A DNA stretch of 63,928 bases, filler included, from Octopus bimaculoides (GCF_001194135.2; 6 parts of 6 records of this genome joined end to end with filler, not necessarily neighbours in it); one strand, 5' to 3'; counted from the first letter of the whole stretch, positions 38,673 through 51,627 are shown. Notes: a model not told the origin generated them from the letters alone. Numbers and translations: made by a program.

Positions 38673-39015
38673 TAAAATTAACAGTAATTTGAATAGTGGC
38701 TTTGTTTTAAACATGGCGTTTGTAAGTAGTTTTTGTTTTATTACTTTACCGTTTTTGTTTTATTTTGGCAGACATATTGAATACGTGGCAAGGAGTGAAA
38801 TGGATAGATAAAAGAGAGAGTTATACATATGTGTGTGCGTGTGTGGTGAGGTTAGCATGTGTGCGAAGTTATGTGTGTATGTGTGGTCGGGTTGTATGTG
38901 TATAAGCGTAAAGTAAAAGCGAATTTTAAGTGGGAGTGAGAGAGACATACGGTTATCTCTCGCTATCAGTGGATGTGTGTGCGCATGCGTATCGTGTGTG
39001 TATGCGTGTATTGTG

Positions 39016-39055
<40 letters not shown>

Positions 39056-39644
39056 TGTATTTTTGTTTGTGTCCTTGCCTGTGTCCATGTGTGTGGTTGC
39101 GTATTTCTATGCGTCTTTGCTTCGGTGTGCATTTATCAAAGATACAAACGCGGTGCCTGTGTATGTGCGTGTGTGTATCTGTGCGCGCGCGCGTGTGTGT
39201 GAGTGAGAGAGATATTAAGAGAGAGAGGTCAGTAGACAGTTAAGTACACATACATTTATTGGCGAATAATATAGTGAATGCTTGGATAAACTTTAACAGG
39301 GAAGACAATACCAACTGTTGAACAGATGCAGTGTTTACTGTGTACAGCAGATGTCCGGCTGACTAGACTGTTTGCAATGCAGATCTCTATGTTCTTATAT
39401 ATATATATATATATACGTGTTGGCGATGATATATACGTATATGTTTGCATATATATCAGTCAGATAAATATAAATAAAAGAAATTCTTCTGATTCACAGA
39501 CCGACCCATCATATCCGGTTGAAGCCACACGTGATATTAACGGTCATCTACCTATAAATTATTTGCTGTTATATCGCCGTCGGCGTGAAAAAGAATGCCT
39601 AGGTTTTAGTATTTTAGTATAGCTATTGGGCAGACAGAGTTATT

Positions 39645-39945
39645 CTCATAAAACTGACATTCCGTCGATTACAACGACGAGGTTTCCAGTCGATCCGATT
39701 AACAGAACAGCCTGTTCGTGAAATAAACGTGTTAGTGGTTGTGTTCTCCGCAATGACACTTTCCCAGAGACACATAGTTCTCAGGGAGATTCAGTGTGAC
39801 ACAGAATGTGACAAAGTTGGCCGTTTCAATAACAGAAATAACTCATTTTTGCCATCAGAGTGGAATGCAACAGCATGAAATAAAGGAACTTGCTCAAGGA
39901 CTTGAATTCTCGGCATTACGATCCTGAGCCGATTACACACGCGCT
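39645..39945 (-). mobile_element. SINE-like repeat, diverged
   Basis: gagtggaatgcaacagcatgaaataaaggaacttgctcaagga resembles 27345-27395. Confidence 0.55.
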
Positions 39946-40574
39946 ATCAGATTAACAGACATAGTAACACTATATATAATCCAACGCAAATCTGAGTTTG
40001 ACTACTCCTTTGGCCAGTGTACGATCTTTCAGCTGCCAATCGGGGATAACTTAACTTTTACCGTGACGCGTTTATTCTTGTCTCTTCTCAGTCAAATGAA
40101 CCACAGAATCATTCTAATTCGTATTCTAAACAGAAATGCGCATCTTCAGACGTTCAATAGAAGAGCGGTTGTTCTATAATTGTCAGATCTAAATTCTGTT
40201 AGGACGAGATTGTTTATTTTTAGTTTACTTTGTTCGAGGTAACCGTAAGTTCAAAACGAGTTCATATACGAGATGCGCGTATATTTACACGCGGGCACAC
40301 AAGCTCACAAACACACGTATATATATATATANNNNNNNNNNNNNNNNNNNNNNNNNNNNNNNNNNNNNNTATATGTGTGTGTGTGTGTGTGTGTGTATGT
40401 GTGTGTGTGTGTGTGTATGTGTGTGTGTATATATGTATATATATATATATATACATATACACATACATACATACGATGACACATGTCCGACATTGCGTTT
40501 GTATCTCTCTGTGGAAGTAAAATATGTAAACACTTTAGACACATATTAATAGATATACATAGGCAGAAATGGAG

Positions 40575-40622
<48 letters not shown>

Positions 40623-40755
40623 TACACACAAACATATGATCTATACATAAATGCATGTGTCGGTTGATTTTTACAATGCAAATCTTAGCATGATACGAGA
40701 GTGTATAAATTGACCGACGATATGATTTGTCTATTTCTGTGTTTGTGAGAGAGAA

Positions 40756-40786
<31 letters not shown>

Positions 40787-41021
40787 TAGACAGAGGCAGA
40801 GGGAATGAGTGAGAGACATCGTACATCGTCATGTAAATTTCTGATACTTTTCGTGTTTCCATAAATCATCCTCTAAGCACAATTACAGAGAAGATGATGG
40901 GAATCTGTCAGCATACCAATGATATAATAAGCATGTAGACTTAGAAATTTCTCAGACATATTCTTTCAGTATTGCTACCACTTCTAATAGTCCTATTGTG
41001 CTAATAACATACTATTACATG

Positions 41022-41078
<57 letters not shown>

Positions 41079-41462
41079 NNNNNNNNNNNNNNNNNNNNNN
41101 NNNNNNNNNNNNNNNNNNNNNNNNNNNNNNNNNNNNNNNNNNNNNNNNNNNNNNNNNNNNNNNNNNNNNNNNNNNNNNNNNNNNNNNNNNNNNNNNNNNN
41201 NNNNNNNNNNNNNNNNNNNNNNNNNNNNNNNNNNNNNNNNNNNNNNNNNNNNNNNNNNNNNNNNNNNNNNNNNNNNNNNNNNNNNNNNNNNNNNNNNNNN
41301 NNNNNNNNNNNNNNNNNNNNNNNNNNNNNTGTTATATATTTTTAGAAATGTATAAGAGTTTCCGTTATAATGGCTGTTTCAGGCATCCGGCGAATGTTCA
41401 CGCTCTCCTAGCTAATTATAAAAGAATGATTAGGTGTGTGTGTACATATGTCTGCCTTTTCA

Positions 41463-41546
<84 letters not shown>

Positions 41547-41994
41547 TCCATGTCTTGACAGACAGTATAGCCAGCACTGAGTTTTTGCTACAACGTTTCG
41601 TATCGAGACATCATCTTCGATACACTTCAATACAAAATTCAAAATTCTAATCTTCGCCATGATTAATCTTAAAGTGATTATCTCCCTTACAATAACTAGC
41701 GCCATGATATATCATGTATCGTAATTACATAAACTTTTCTAGAATCATTTTTGTTCAAATCTTATTCGATTCGGGGTTTTTTTTTTCTTATCGCAGACAA
41801 TGCAGATAGTTAAGAAAAATATCTTGAGAATCTTCATATTAGATTATTATCTAACATAGTAATTCTCCAGATAATTCAGACTCAAATACAGTATAGTTAA
41901 GCTGTAAACGACATCACTGGGGAAGAAATACTGGTCTCACGACGAGATATAACAGACGATAAATAGTCGCTACAAAATAACTACGAGCCAGATG

Positions 41995-42140
41995 ACAATA
42001 ATGGCTGCGTGGTTTAGAAGGTCATTTCACATATACTTGGTTTCGGGTTCAGGCCCACAACTCGGTACCTGGGACAAATACCTTCTGCTATAGCTTCCGG
42101 CTAAATAATGAATTTGGTAGATGGATGCTCTACGGAACCA
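41995..42140 (+). mobile_element. SINE family B, diverged
   Basis: atggctgcgtggtttagaagg...ggtttcgggttcaggcccac...ttctgctatagc...gaatttggtagatgga. Confidence 0.6.
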
Positions 42141-42459
42141 CTCTGCACACATACATGCATGCATACATACATACATACATACATACATACATGCATACAT
42201 GCATACATACATACATGCATGTATATATTTACATACATATATGTGCACGTGTGTGAGTGTGTACGTGTGTGTGTGTGAGGTCACTGTTGGCCGCTAAAGG
42301 TAACATGTAACCCAGGACAACCTGTTGCATGGTTCGGTCGTCGGCGACTAAACTGGCAACCCCGTCAAACTTGCTTGGTGAGGAGGGTGAAGACTAACTT
42401 TCTCATAATAAATGTCCTGAAAATTCCACACAGCCTTCGCTTTCTTGTCACATTTTATT

Positions 42460-42517
<58 letters not shown>

Positions 42518-43299
42518 TCAGTACACGTGTGTGCGAGAGTAAGGCGGATTTCCATTCAGCTACAGTTTCTGTTTTACCAACTCCACTCAGAAGACTCGAG
42601 GCTACATTAGAATACACTTTCTCAAGGTGCTGGATAGTGGGATTGAAACTAACACCACGAGTTAGTTTCAAGAAAACGATCTTTCTTAACCATACAGCCA
42701 TGCCTGCGCCTCTGGAACCATTTTTCCTTTTCTTTTTCTCGGATTAATTTTTCTTTTACTTTCACCGGATATAAGTTGAACAAAAAAAATAAAATAAAAG
42801 TCATGTTGCTTACTTGATATCGAAACCGAATCGCTGTAGTTGGGCACTGTCAGAGTACATCATGCCTAATGACATAAATATAGTCCACACCAATGTTAGT
42901 TCCTCATCAATCATTCAGTGATCACCACAGCAGCTTCCAGGAGACGTAAAGAGCAATGGATTAGCATGCGTGGTTTTGTTGTTGTTGTTGTTTTGCCAAC
43001 CCAGATAAACTCAACGCAAAAAATAAAATGAATAAATAAAATAGATTAGTTTGAAAAAATATGAAATAATGTTGCGTCGTTTTCTTGCTTTTTATGTGCT
43101 TTTTAAAAGCTTACATTATAAATTCTATATATGCAAATGTGTGTACGAATGTATATGTATATATGAATGTGTGTATGTGCATATGAGTGTGTGTATATGT
43201 ATATAATAGTGCACACATGCTCGCATACATATTACATGTATATATGTACACACACAAATATACATATCCAAATATATATTTACATTCATACATAGATAT

Positions 43300-43336
<37 letters not shown>

Positions 43337-44036
43337 GATACATATATAGATATTTAGATACATATATCTGCAAGTATATATATTTACATACATACATACA
43401 TACACTCACACACACACACTTATATGTATGTATATATCTATATGTACCCAATTGTCTTATCTTTATAATATTATGATAGCTTTTCGATTTTTGCAGCAAA
43501 GCATTATATAACATGGCTAGCACATATCTGGATACCAATGGATAATGATTATGAATATAATTTATCAAAAACAAACGGAAATAAAATATACCCAAAACGA
43601 GAAGACCTACTTCGAAAAAGAAAAAAAAAAACATTAGGAAAAGCAGAAAAAAATACGGAATAAAGCAAGAGCTATGACTAAATGTACATACTTCATTTCA
43701 CATAAGGCTCCAGACCCAATATTTACATCATTAATATGTAATTTCAGTCTGTGTGTATTAATATTGGACCCGACAAACTAGCAGAAATGAAACCACTGCA
43801 GCTTTTCCTAGCAATCATTGATATCACCAACGCGTATAGACGTCATGAAGAAGAGAAAACGAAAATGGGAAAAGCGAAGAAGAGAAAAATAAAACACCTC
43901 CATTAGTACAGGAGCAAAATAGACAGTAAAAACATACAGCTTTATCATTCACTGCATTAATAATAATAACAATAATAATAATAATGATAATAATAATAAT
44001 GATAATAATGATGATGATGATGATAATAATAATAAT

Positions 44037-44067
<31 letters not shown>

Positions 44068-44199
44068 CCTTCTTTCTCTATTGGCCACAAGGGCTGCACA
44101 TAAAAATAAAGGACGATATATCAATAAGGACAGTGAGAGTCTACATACAGTATGTGTAAAGAGGAAGAAATAATTCTTTCTGCTATATGCACAAGGCCT

Positions 44200-44800
44200 G
44201 CAATTTTGGGGGGATAGTGGGGGGTAGATGGACTTGGACGCTAACCGAATGTGTTCTATGCGTGACAGCAGCTATTCAACAAAGCTTCACAAGACATCAA
44301 CGCTCGGACATTGGGTGAAAGCATGTAGAACGGTTTCATCAACCTGCGCACATCTCGGACCCTCCCTTCCGTGTCTCTAGACCTTGTATCGAACCAGCAG
44401 ATATCCCCCGGTTGCACTGCAAAGCCAGGGATTTCCGGAAATTATCCATAGGTCTCGGCTTGAATGTCTTCCGAAAAGATCAACGAATGGATCTCTCCCG
44501 ACGCCAAGACAATTTCCAATGACGTAATTGCTCTTGCCCGCCATTACTCCCCTATTGAATCCCAATGTGGAACTTCCACCGACCGCGTTGCCTGGCTGAG
44601 GGCTGTGACCACTTTCTGACACTCTAGGTGCTAAGCACTTTTTTTTCGGTCTACGCTTGATCAGGAATTTTAGCTCCGTCAGTAGGACGAGCTACGGAAA
44701 AACCTGTCTGAGAAACGGCGACCAAACCTGCTCAGCGTTGAGGAAACGCTGGGGAAGTCGCAGCCTTAGGGCTCAAGCGAACAAACACACCAACCCTACG
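44200..44800 (-). mobile_element. Tx1/L1-clade LINE ORF2 C-terminal relic
   Basis: Minus strand reads MDNFRKSLALQC.RG.. then PRCAQVDETVLHAFTQCPSVDVL*SFVE*LLSRI, the CCHC knuckle pattern CxxC..ETxxHxxxxCP. Confidence 0.75.
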
Positions 44801-45259
44801 CAATGGATGTTGTTTTCACAAGCGTTTTGTAACAAAATAAACAATTACCAACTCCTGTCTGTCTTTCTATCACAAATAATCTTGAAAGTTTTAAAGAATT
44901 TAGAAAAAAGTTTTCAGCTGGTGTTTAGGAGATACATTGACATGGAAGTTTGAGAGAAGTTTCTAGTGGAAACTTGTATTGGCAGGTTAGGTGTTTCACA
45001 TCTTCCTTTTAGATGTGCGTGGTGTTACATTATTCAACGTTTTCTTTCATTGTATAAGACAGCCATAATGTGACTCCATGGAGATTTGGTTCCTATTTCT
45101 ATCATACCTGGTAACTTATACACTGTCTCGAATCTCCGATTATTTCTCCAGAAAAAAAACCCAATTAACCTTCAGGCTTTAGCATGAAAGCCTATGATCG
45201 CTGACACATGTAGGGAAGGCAGACAAACAGAGAGACAGAGAGCGAGAAGGAAAGAAAGA

Positions 45260-45291
<32 letters not shown>

Positions 45292-45429
45292 NNNNNNNNN
45301 NNNNNNNNNNNNNNNNNNNNNNNNNNNNNNNNNNNNNNNNNNNNNNNNNNNNNNNNNNNNNNNNNNNNNNNNNNNNNAGAGAGAGAGAGAGAGAGAGAGA
45401 ATGAGGGAGTAAAGGGGAGTGGGATGGAG

Positions 45430-45900
45430 AGAATTAGCAGCATCTAACTCATGGGCAAAATTTATGAATAATTTGGCTCTGAAATTGCAAGTTTGTTTCC
45501 CAGTGTGGAAGCTATTCTTATAATGAGAGAAACTAAAGCTGATGTAAAACACAGAAATAAAACGTCTGACTGTATTCATGGACACATCCAGAATCAGAGG
45601 ATAAACGCAAACCTTATTTCTACAAGGTCAGCCTACACAACGAGGTTTAGAGACTTCTGTATAGAGGGATTATTTCTTGGCAAGTAAATTTTGTATTTGG
45701 ATTAACAATTATTATCTTCCCTTTTGACAAGGTTACTTTGCCACAAAGACACTTCGTCTCTTTCTCCTCTGGAAGTATACCGTTGGTATCCATCCAAATC
45801 CGTATTCTGTACATGTTCAATGCAAGAGAATATTATGGTCGCCATATTTTGTGATGTAAATTCAATAGAAAAACGAGAATATGACATTATTGTGTGAAAT
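45430..45900 (-). mobile_element. Decayed LINE RT fragment (R4-like)
   Basis: KIWRP*YSLALNMYR...MDTNGILPEEKE.. resembles NYRPITCL..MYK..HL..NGLLPEEQKG. Confidence 0.4.
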
Positions 45901-46367
45901 TTCTTGGATGGAGTAGAGTAGGGATCACTACAATTGGAAGCGAAGTAAATTTTCTTGTATATGATACATTGTTGTTGTTTGTGTGGTTGGTATTTTTTTT
46001 AATATAATCCTTTTTTGCGTTATAGTCTTTAAAGAGAGACGAAAGAAACTAAAATGTATTCTTCATCGAAACGCTTCACATAAATAACTAGGAATTCCGA
46101 CTCGACCAATGTCAAACTCGGTTCTATCTCATTATCTCTTGAATTTGAAGAAGCAACGCATTATTTCATTTTTATTATAAATGTGTGCGTGTATGTGTGT
46201 GTGAGTGTATGTGTGTGTGAGCTTGTACATACACACTCACTCACTTTCTCTCTCTCTCTCTCTCTCTCTCACGCACAAACACATATACACACGCATACAT
46301 ACGCACACATACACATACACACATATAAACATTGAAATGTTGGTATAATATATATATATATATACGT

Positions 46368-46459
<92 letters not shown>

Positions 46460-46610
46460 ACATATATATATATATATAAGTGTATATGTTTGTGTATAAT
46501 ATATATGTATATACATACATGTAGATGAAGGTGTAGATATAGACGTGCATATATACATATATATATATATATGTACGTCATATATATGTGAATCCACACA
46601 TGCACAAACA

Positions 46611-46648
<38 letters not shown>

Positions 46649-47830
46649 GCCAGACATACTGTATAGCAATATTCGGTGTTTATTGCAATTGTCGTTCTTT
46701 TTTCATTTTTGTTTTTTTTTTGTTGAGTTCTTATTTTACTCTGCGCGAAGTTTGACCTGCGATTTTTAAAGCAGGTGCGTTCTACGTTCTGCTGGATCCA
46801 ACGATGACTTTTGTCATATAAACCTTCTATAACTCATCATAATTTAACATATAATGGTTACGCAACTAGCATGGGTTCGTTATAACAACACACCTGTATC
46901 CACATAAAAAGGCTACGATGATAATGTCCATCCGGTATGCCATAACATACCACCTCTTCGATCCCTATGTAGAAATCGATAACGAAAAACAATGTGAAGA
47001 ATATAAAATTTGTGATTCAATACTTAGAGGGTTTCTACGATTCCAATGCTAAGTTCGTAAAAGTCTTGCAAGAATATAAAGAATTTTAGAGAATGTTGAT
47101 TACTTTCACACTTTGACCCTTCGACTTTATGTTTTCGAACAAATGCTCGCTGGAAAAAATGTAGTCTTGTATATTTATGTTTGTCGAATCTGTTGAAATG
47201 TGTGTTATCAATGATAACATAGACATAGGAGTGAATGGGAAGAAAGAGAAGAAAAAAGTAGGAGGAGGAGGAAGAGGAGGGGGAGAAGAAGAAGAAGAAG
47301 AAGAAGAAGAAGAAGAAGAAGAAGAAGAAGAAGAAGAAGAAGNNNNNNNNNNNNNNNNNNNNNNNNNNNNNNNNNNNNNNNNNNNNTTAATTAATTAANN
47401 NNNNNNNNNNNNNNNNNNNNNNNNNNNNNNNNNNNNNNNNNNGATATATATATATATATAATGTTAATTCTCTAAATGAAGTATTAACAGTAACTGCACG
47501 ATAAAGTGTAGTATATTGCCACTTAAGTGTGGCTGACCCCTAGGGGTGGATGTTACTGTTGCTATTGAAAAGGTGAAAACAAGCAATGCAAGAAGAAGAA
47601 GAAGAAGCAGAAGAAGAACAAGAACAAAAACAAGAACAACAACAACAAAAATATACCAACTTATCTAAACGTAATTCTGAAGTATGTTCAACTCTGGCCG
47701 CCCATTATGACACGATGAAATTCTCAATAATAACAGTTATGAGTATGATCAGACCTCCTCTCATTTTCTTGGCCAATAAACTATTACTTTACTCATAATA
47801 ATAATAGTATTATTAATAATAATAATAATG

Positions 47831-47882
<52 letters not shown>

Positions 47883-47884
47883 TT

Positions 47885-48032
47885 ATAATTTACATTATTT
47901 ACATTCGACGGATATTTGTCCTCATCTTGTTTGTTGTTAACACAACGTTTCGGCTGATATACCCTCCAGCCTTCTTCAGGTGTCTTGGGGAAATTTCGAA
48001 CCTGGGTTCTCATTCCTACGGTATTTTTCGAT
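47885..48032 (-). mobile_element. Short PLE-terminus-like element (copy 3, best preserved)
   Basis: Homologous to 8990-9130; bracketed by (AAT)n and (ATT)n. Confidence 0.8.
47939..47984 (-). ncRNA. Minimal type I hammerhead ribozyme (PLE-type)
   Basis: GACAC-CUGAAGA-A-GGCUG-gaggguauau-CAGCC-GAA-ACGU-U-GUGUU. Stem I is 5 bp, stem II is 5 bp, stem III is the ACGU palindrome, and the triplet is GUU. Confidence 0.75.
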
Positions 48033-48056
48033 GTTATTATTATTATTATTATTATT

Positions 48057-48104
<48 letters not shown>

Positions 48105-48108
48105 ATTG

Positions 48109-48272
48109 TTCAGGTCACTGCTTGGAATCGAACTCGGAATCTTGGGGTTTGTAGCCAGCGCTCTTAATCACTACTCCTTATGCCCGTGGGCATATGGGCA
48201 TATGGCATAGTGGTTAAGAGCGCGGGCTACTAACCCCAAGATTCCGAGTTCGAGTCCAAGCAGCGACCTGAA
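48109..48272. mobile_element. Palindromic head-to-head pair of tRNA-like sequences
   Basis: ~77-bp arms, about 90% identical as reverse complements. The + arm has A-box tggcatagtgg and B-box gttcgagtcc. Confidence 0.85.
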
Positions 48273-48307
48273 TAATAATAATAATAATAATAATCTTTTC
48301 TACTATA

Positions 48308-48445
48308 GTAGTTCAAATTCGGCTGAGGTCGGCTTTGCAGTTCACCCTTCCAAAGTCAATAAATTAAGTACTAGTTGCATACTGTGGTCGATCTAATCGA
48401 CTATCCTCTCCCCACCAAATTTCAGACCTTGTGCCTGTAGTACAG
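48308..48445 (+). mobile_element. SINE family A, 5'-truncated
   Basis: gttcaaattcggctgaggtcggctttgc...gtggtcgatctaatcgact...aaatttcagaccttgtgcct. Confidence 0.75.
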
Positions 48446-48448
48446 AGG

Positions 48449-48530
<82 letters not shown>

Positions 48531-48784
48531 GTAGTAGTAGTAGTAGTAGTTGTAGCATTGTTATTATTATTATTTACATTCTCTTCTGCTTTAAAAGTGT
48601 TTCCATATGTTTGAACAAAAGATTTAACAATAAACATTATCAAAATATTTTACTACGAACTCTTGAGGAAACTACTGGGAAACCATAAAATAACACGAAA
48701 CGAAAATGAAACAATGTAAACGGTAGCATCACCGGTAGCTGCAATAAGAACATCATCATCATCATCATCATCATCATCAACAGT

Positions 48785-48818
<34 letters not shown>

Positions 48819-49231
48819 TCCTTAGGGACAACAACGAGAAAGCGAAGAAAGCTGTTTAAAAAAAAACATTTTTTTCTACATCATAAAACCGATAATTGTT
48901 AGTTGGCTGGTTGGTTGCTTTCTCCAGGGACATTTTTACATCTTACAGAGAGAAGGGTAGAGAAAGTAAAAGAGAAACACAAAGACAGTTAACATAAGAG
49001 GTGCAATACGAATGAACATGCTGTCTTAGTGATAGGTATTGACTAGCTGCAGACAACACACACACACAAACAGACACGCGCGTACGCATGATGCACACAA
49101 ACACGCGCAGTGAAAGAAAAAGAATCAGAGACAGAGGAGATGGAGTGTGTGTGTGTATGTTCGTGTGCTCGTGTATGTATATATGTATGCGTGTGTGTGT
49201 GTACTAGTATATATATGTGTGTGTGTGTGTG

Positions 49232-49273
<42 letters not shown>

Positions 49274-49708
49274 CATTAATTCCATGAAACATTCACGGAA
49301 TTAAGGCTAAAACTTTGGGGCTTTTTCTGGAAACTTTACCAAAATAACCTGAAAGCGTATCCTGTGTTGTGTGTGTATAAAAAGACAGGTGCCTGTCTGC
49401 TACTCACTGAGAAGTGGAAGAAATTGGAATACGATGATTACTTAATGCACTTTATATACGCTATGCACAATTTTATAGACTTAATACACAACACTCATAA
49501 AATAAATATTCACTCTATTCTTCCATTTCCCACATAAACAAAATAAAAAAATTATCCCGTACATATGATACAACCTTTAGTTAAATTGCATATATCTGCC
49601 ACGTAAATAAGCCTTAATATTTCACGGAATTGCACTTATTCGCATGCGGTAAGTGATAGGTGATATAAAAACTTAGTTCAATAAAAAGAAGATATTTTTC
49701 ATTATCCA

Positions 49709-49740
49709 ATGTTGTTGTTGTTATTGTTGTTGTTGTTGTT

Positions 49741-49785
<45 letters not shown>

Positions 49786-49824
49786 CTTCTTCTTCTTCTT
49801 CTTCTTCTTCTTCTTCTTCTTCTT

Positions 49825-49889
<65 letters not shown>

Positions 49890-49890
49890 G
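49709..49890. repeat. Compound (GTT)n(CTT)n(ATT)n microsatellite
   Basis: Directly visible. Confidence 0.95.
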
Positions 49891-49894
49891 ATGA

Positions 49895-50095
49895 GAAACT
49901 GGCAGAATCGTTAGCGCGTCAGATATATGGCATTTCGTCCAACTTTACATTCTGAGTTCAAATTCCACTGAGGTCAACTTTGCCTTTCATCCTTTCGAGG
50001 TCAATACAAAAAGTACCATTTGCACACTGGAATCGATATAATCCACAGACACCCTCTCCTTAAAATTGCTTGCCATGTGCCAAAACTTGAAACCA
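49895..50095 (+). mobile_element. SINE family A, near full length
   Basis: ctggcagaatcgttagcgcg...ttctgagttcaaattccactgaggtcaactttgcctttcatcc...gtgccaaaacttgaaacc. Confidence 0.85.
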
Positions 50096-50211
50096 TTATA
50101 TATCATTACATTAAATAATATAGTATATATTGTTGATATATATTTTTGTTGTTAAAAGTAAATACTTAAATATTTATCGTGTATAATTATGTTCTTCATT
50201 CTTTATTGCAG

Positions 50212-50327
50212 GTGGAGAGGTGCCTGTAGACTTAACAATGGCAGATATACTGGCAGGAACCAGCCGTCTTCAGATCTCGCTCCATTTTATAGTATACAGT
50301 CTGTGTATAGCCATGATGATTATATGA
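50212..50327 (+). CDS. Putative 3'-terminal coding exon with a GPI-signal-like hydrophobic tail
   Basis: Strong acceptor ttcttcattctttattgcag|. Phase 1 reads (G)GEVPVDLTMADILAGTSRLQISLHFIVYSLCIAMMII*. AATAAA at 50399, 50423 and 50430. Confidence 0.55.
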
Positions 50328-50398
50328 ACTTGGCAACATCACCACCACCACTACTATCTCCACTTTCACGCTTACAACTTCGCCAAGTTTGCCACAGG

Positions 50399-50435
50399 AA
50401 TAAAAGAATTTTTTATTTCAAGAATAAAAAATAAA
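50399..50435 (+). promoter_or_regulatory. Cluster of three AATAAA polyadenylation signals
   Basis: AATAAA at 50399-50404, 50423-50428 and 50430-50435, 70-110 nt after the stop codon. Confidence 0.4.
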
Positions 50436-50655
50436 GAGAATTATTCTTTTGCGCCTGAAGTAAGCAAAACCATAAGCATATCTATAAATAATAATAACAA
50501 TTAATATTTCAGTTCGCCTCCTTTTCCTCCTCCCCCCGCCACTTCTCTATTCTTTGGTATTTTCATGTCTGCTGAGAAATGACTGACTGTTGTAATTAGT
50601 GCAGAAGTCATGAACGTATACACACATACACACACATGTATATACACACACACAG

Positions 50656-50689
<34 letters not shown>

Positions 50690-51627
50690 ATGTGTGTGTG
50701 TGTGTGTGTGTGTGTTGTTTGTGTGTGTGTACATGCATGTGTGCGTGTGCGTGCGTGTGTGTGNNNNNNNNNNNNNNNNNNNNNNNNNNNNNNNNNNNNN
50801 NNNNNNNTTAATTAATTAANNNNNNNNNNNNNNNNNNNNNNNNNNNNNNNNNNNNNNNNNNNNGATTGTCAAAGAATATGTATGAGAATATGTATATGTA
50901 TATGTATTTTTCCATATGTGTATTTTCATACACTGTTTTTAACACTGTTTTTAACAATTTCACCTTAATATGACAATCAGTATGTAACACTACAAAGTTC
51001 ATACAAAGCTTTATACTTTAAATATATTTTATCATCAAAGAATGTATATATGCATTTTAATACTCAGACTGTTTTTTAACATTTTTTATTATTCTCAAAG
51101 ACTTTTGATAATCTTTTTCTAAAAAAGTGAAACCGGTTAAGTAAATAAATATTTTTTAAAAATAAGTGCATTTTCAAACCTTCTTTCATATATATTTCCA
51201 CTCGTACGGTATTCCACTCGTACGGTATTCCACAACTTTACTTTACATGCATATTCACTTTGTGGGGGCAAGGAACCATGAAAATCACGCGAATACACAT
51301 ATACATAACAGATTTATGTACGATTACATAAACCACATCAGGGTATATGAGAAGAATATTATCAAGGGTTACAAAGTTTCTTTTGGGATCCTCTCCCTTT
51401 TTGCGAGTATATACGATTTCTGAGACCTCAGGGAATACTCAGGTCCAGGTACGATGTACTCAGTGCCCACCCGCCTCTCACAAGCTTTACATCAAACATT
51501 GTATACAAGTATGTAATTCTATCTGTAGAATGTTTCTAATGCATTCAAATTCTTTTAATATTTTTTCTATTCGTATTTATTGCTGTTTCAATACGTTATC
51601 GACCATGTTTATTGTACTCTCTCTCTC

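Noticed and set aside
45702-45887. Protein-like minus ORF (..QNTDLDGYQRY..) as a host exon
   Set aside because: The neighbouring frame matches LINE RT motifs better.
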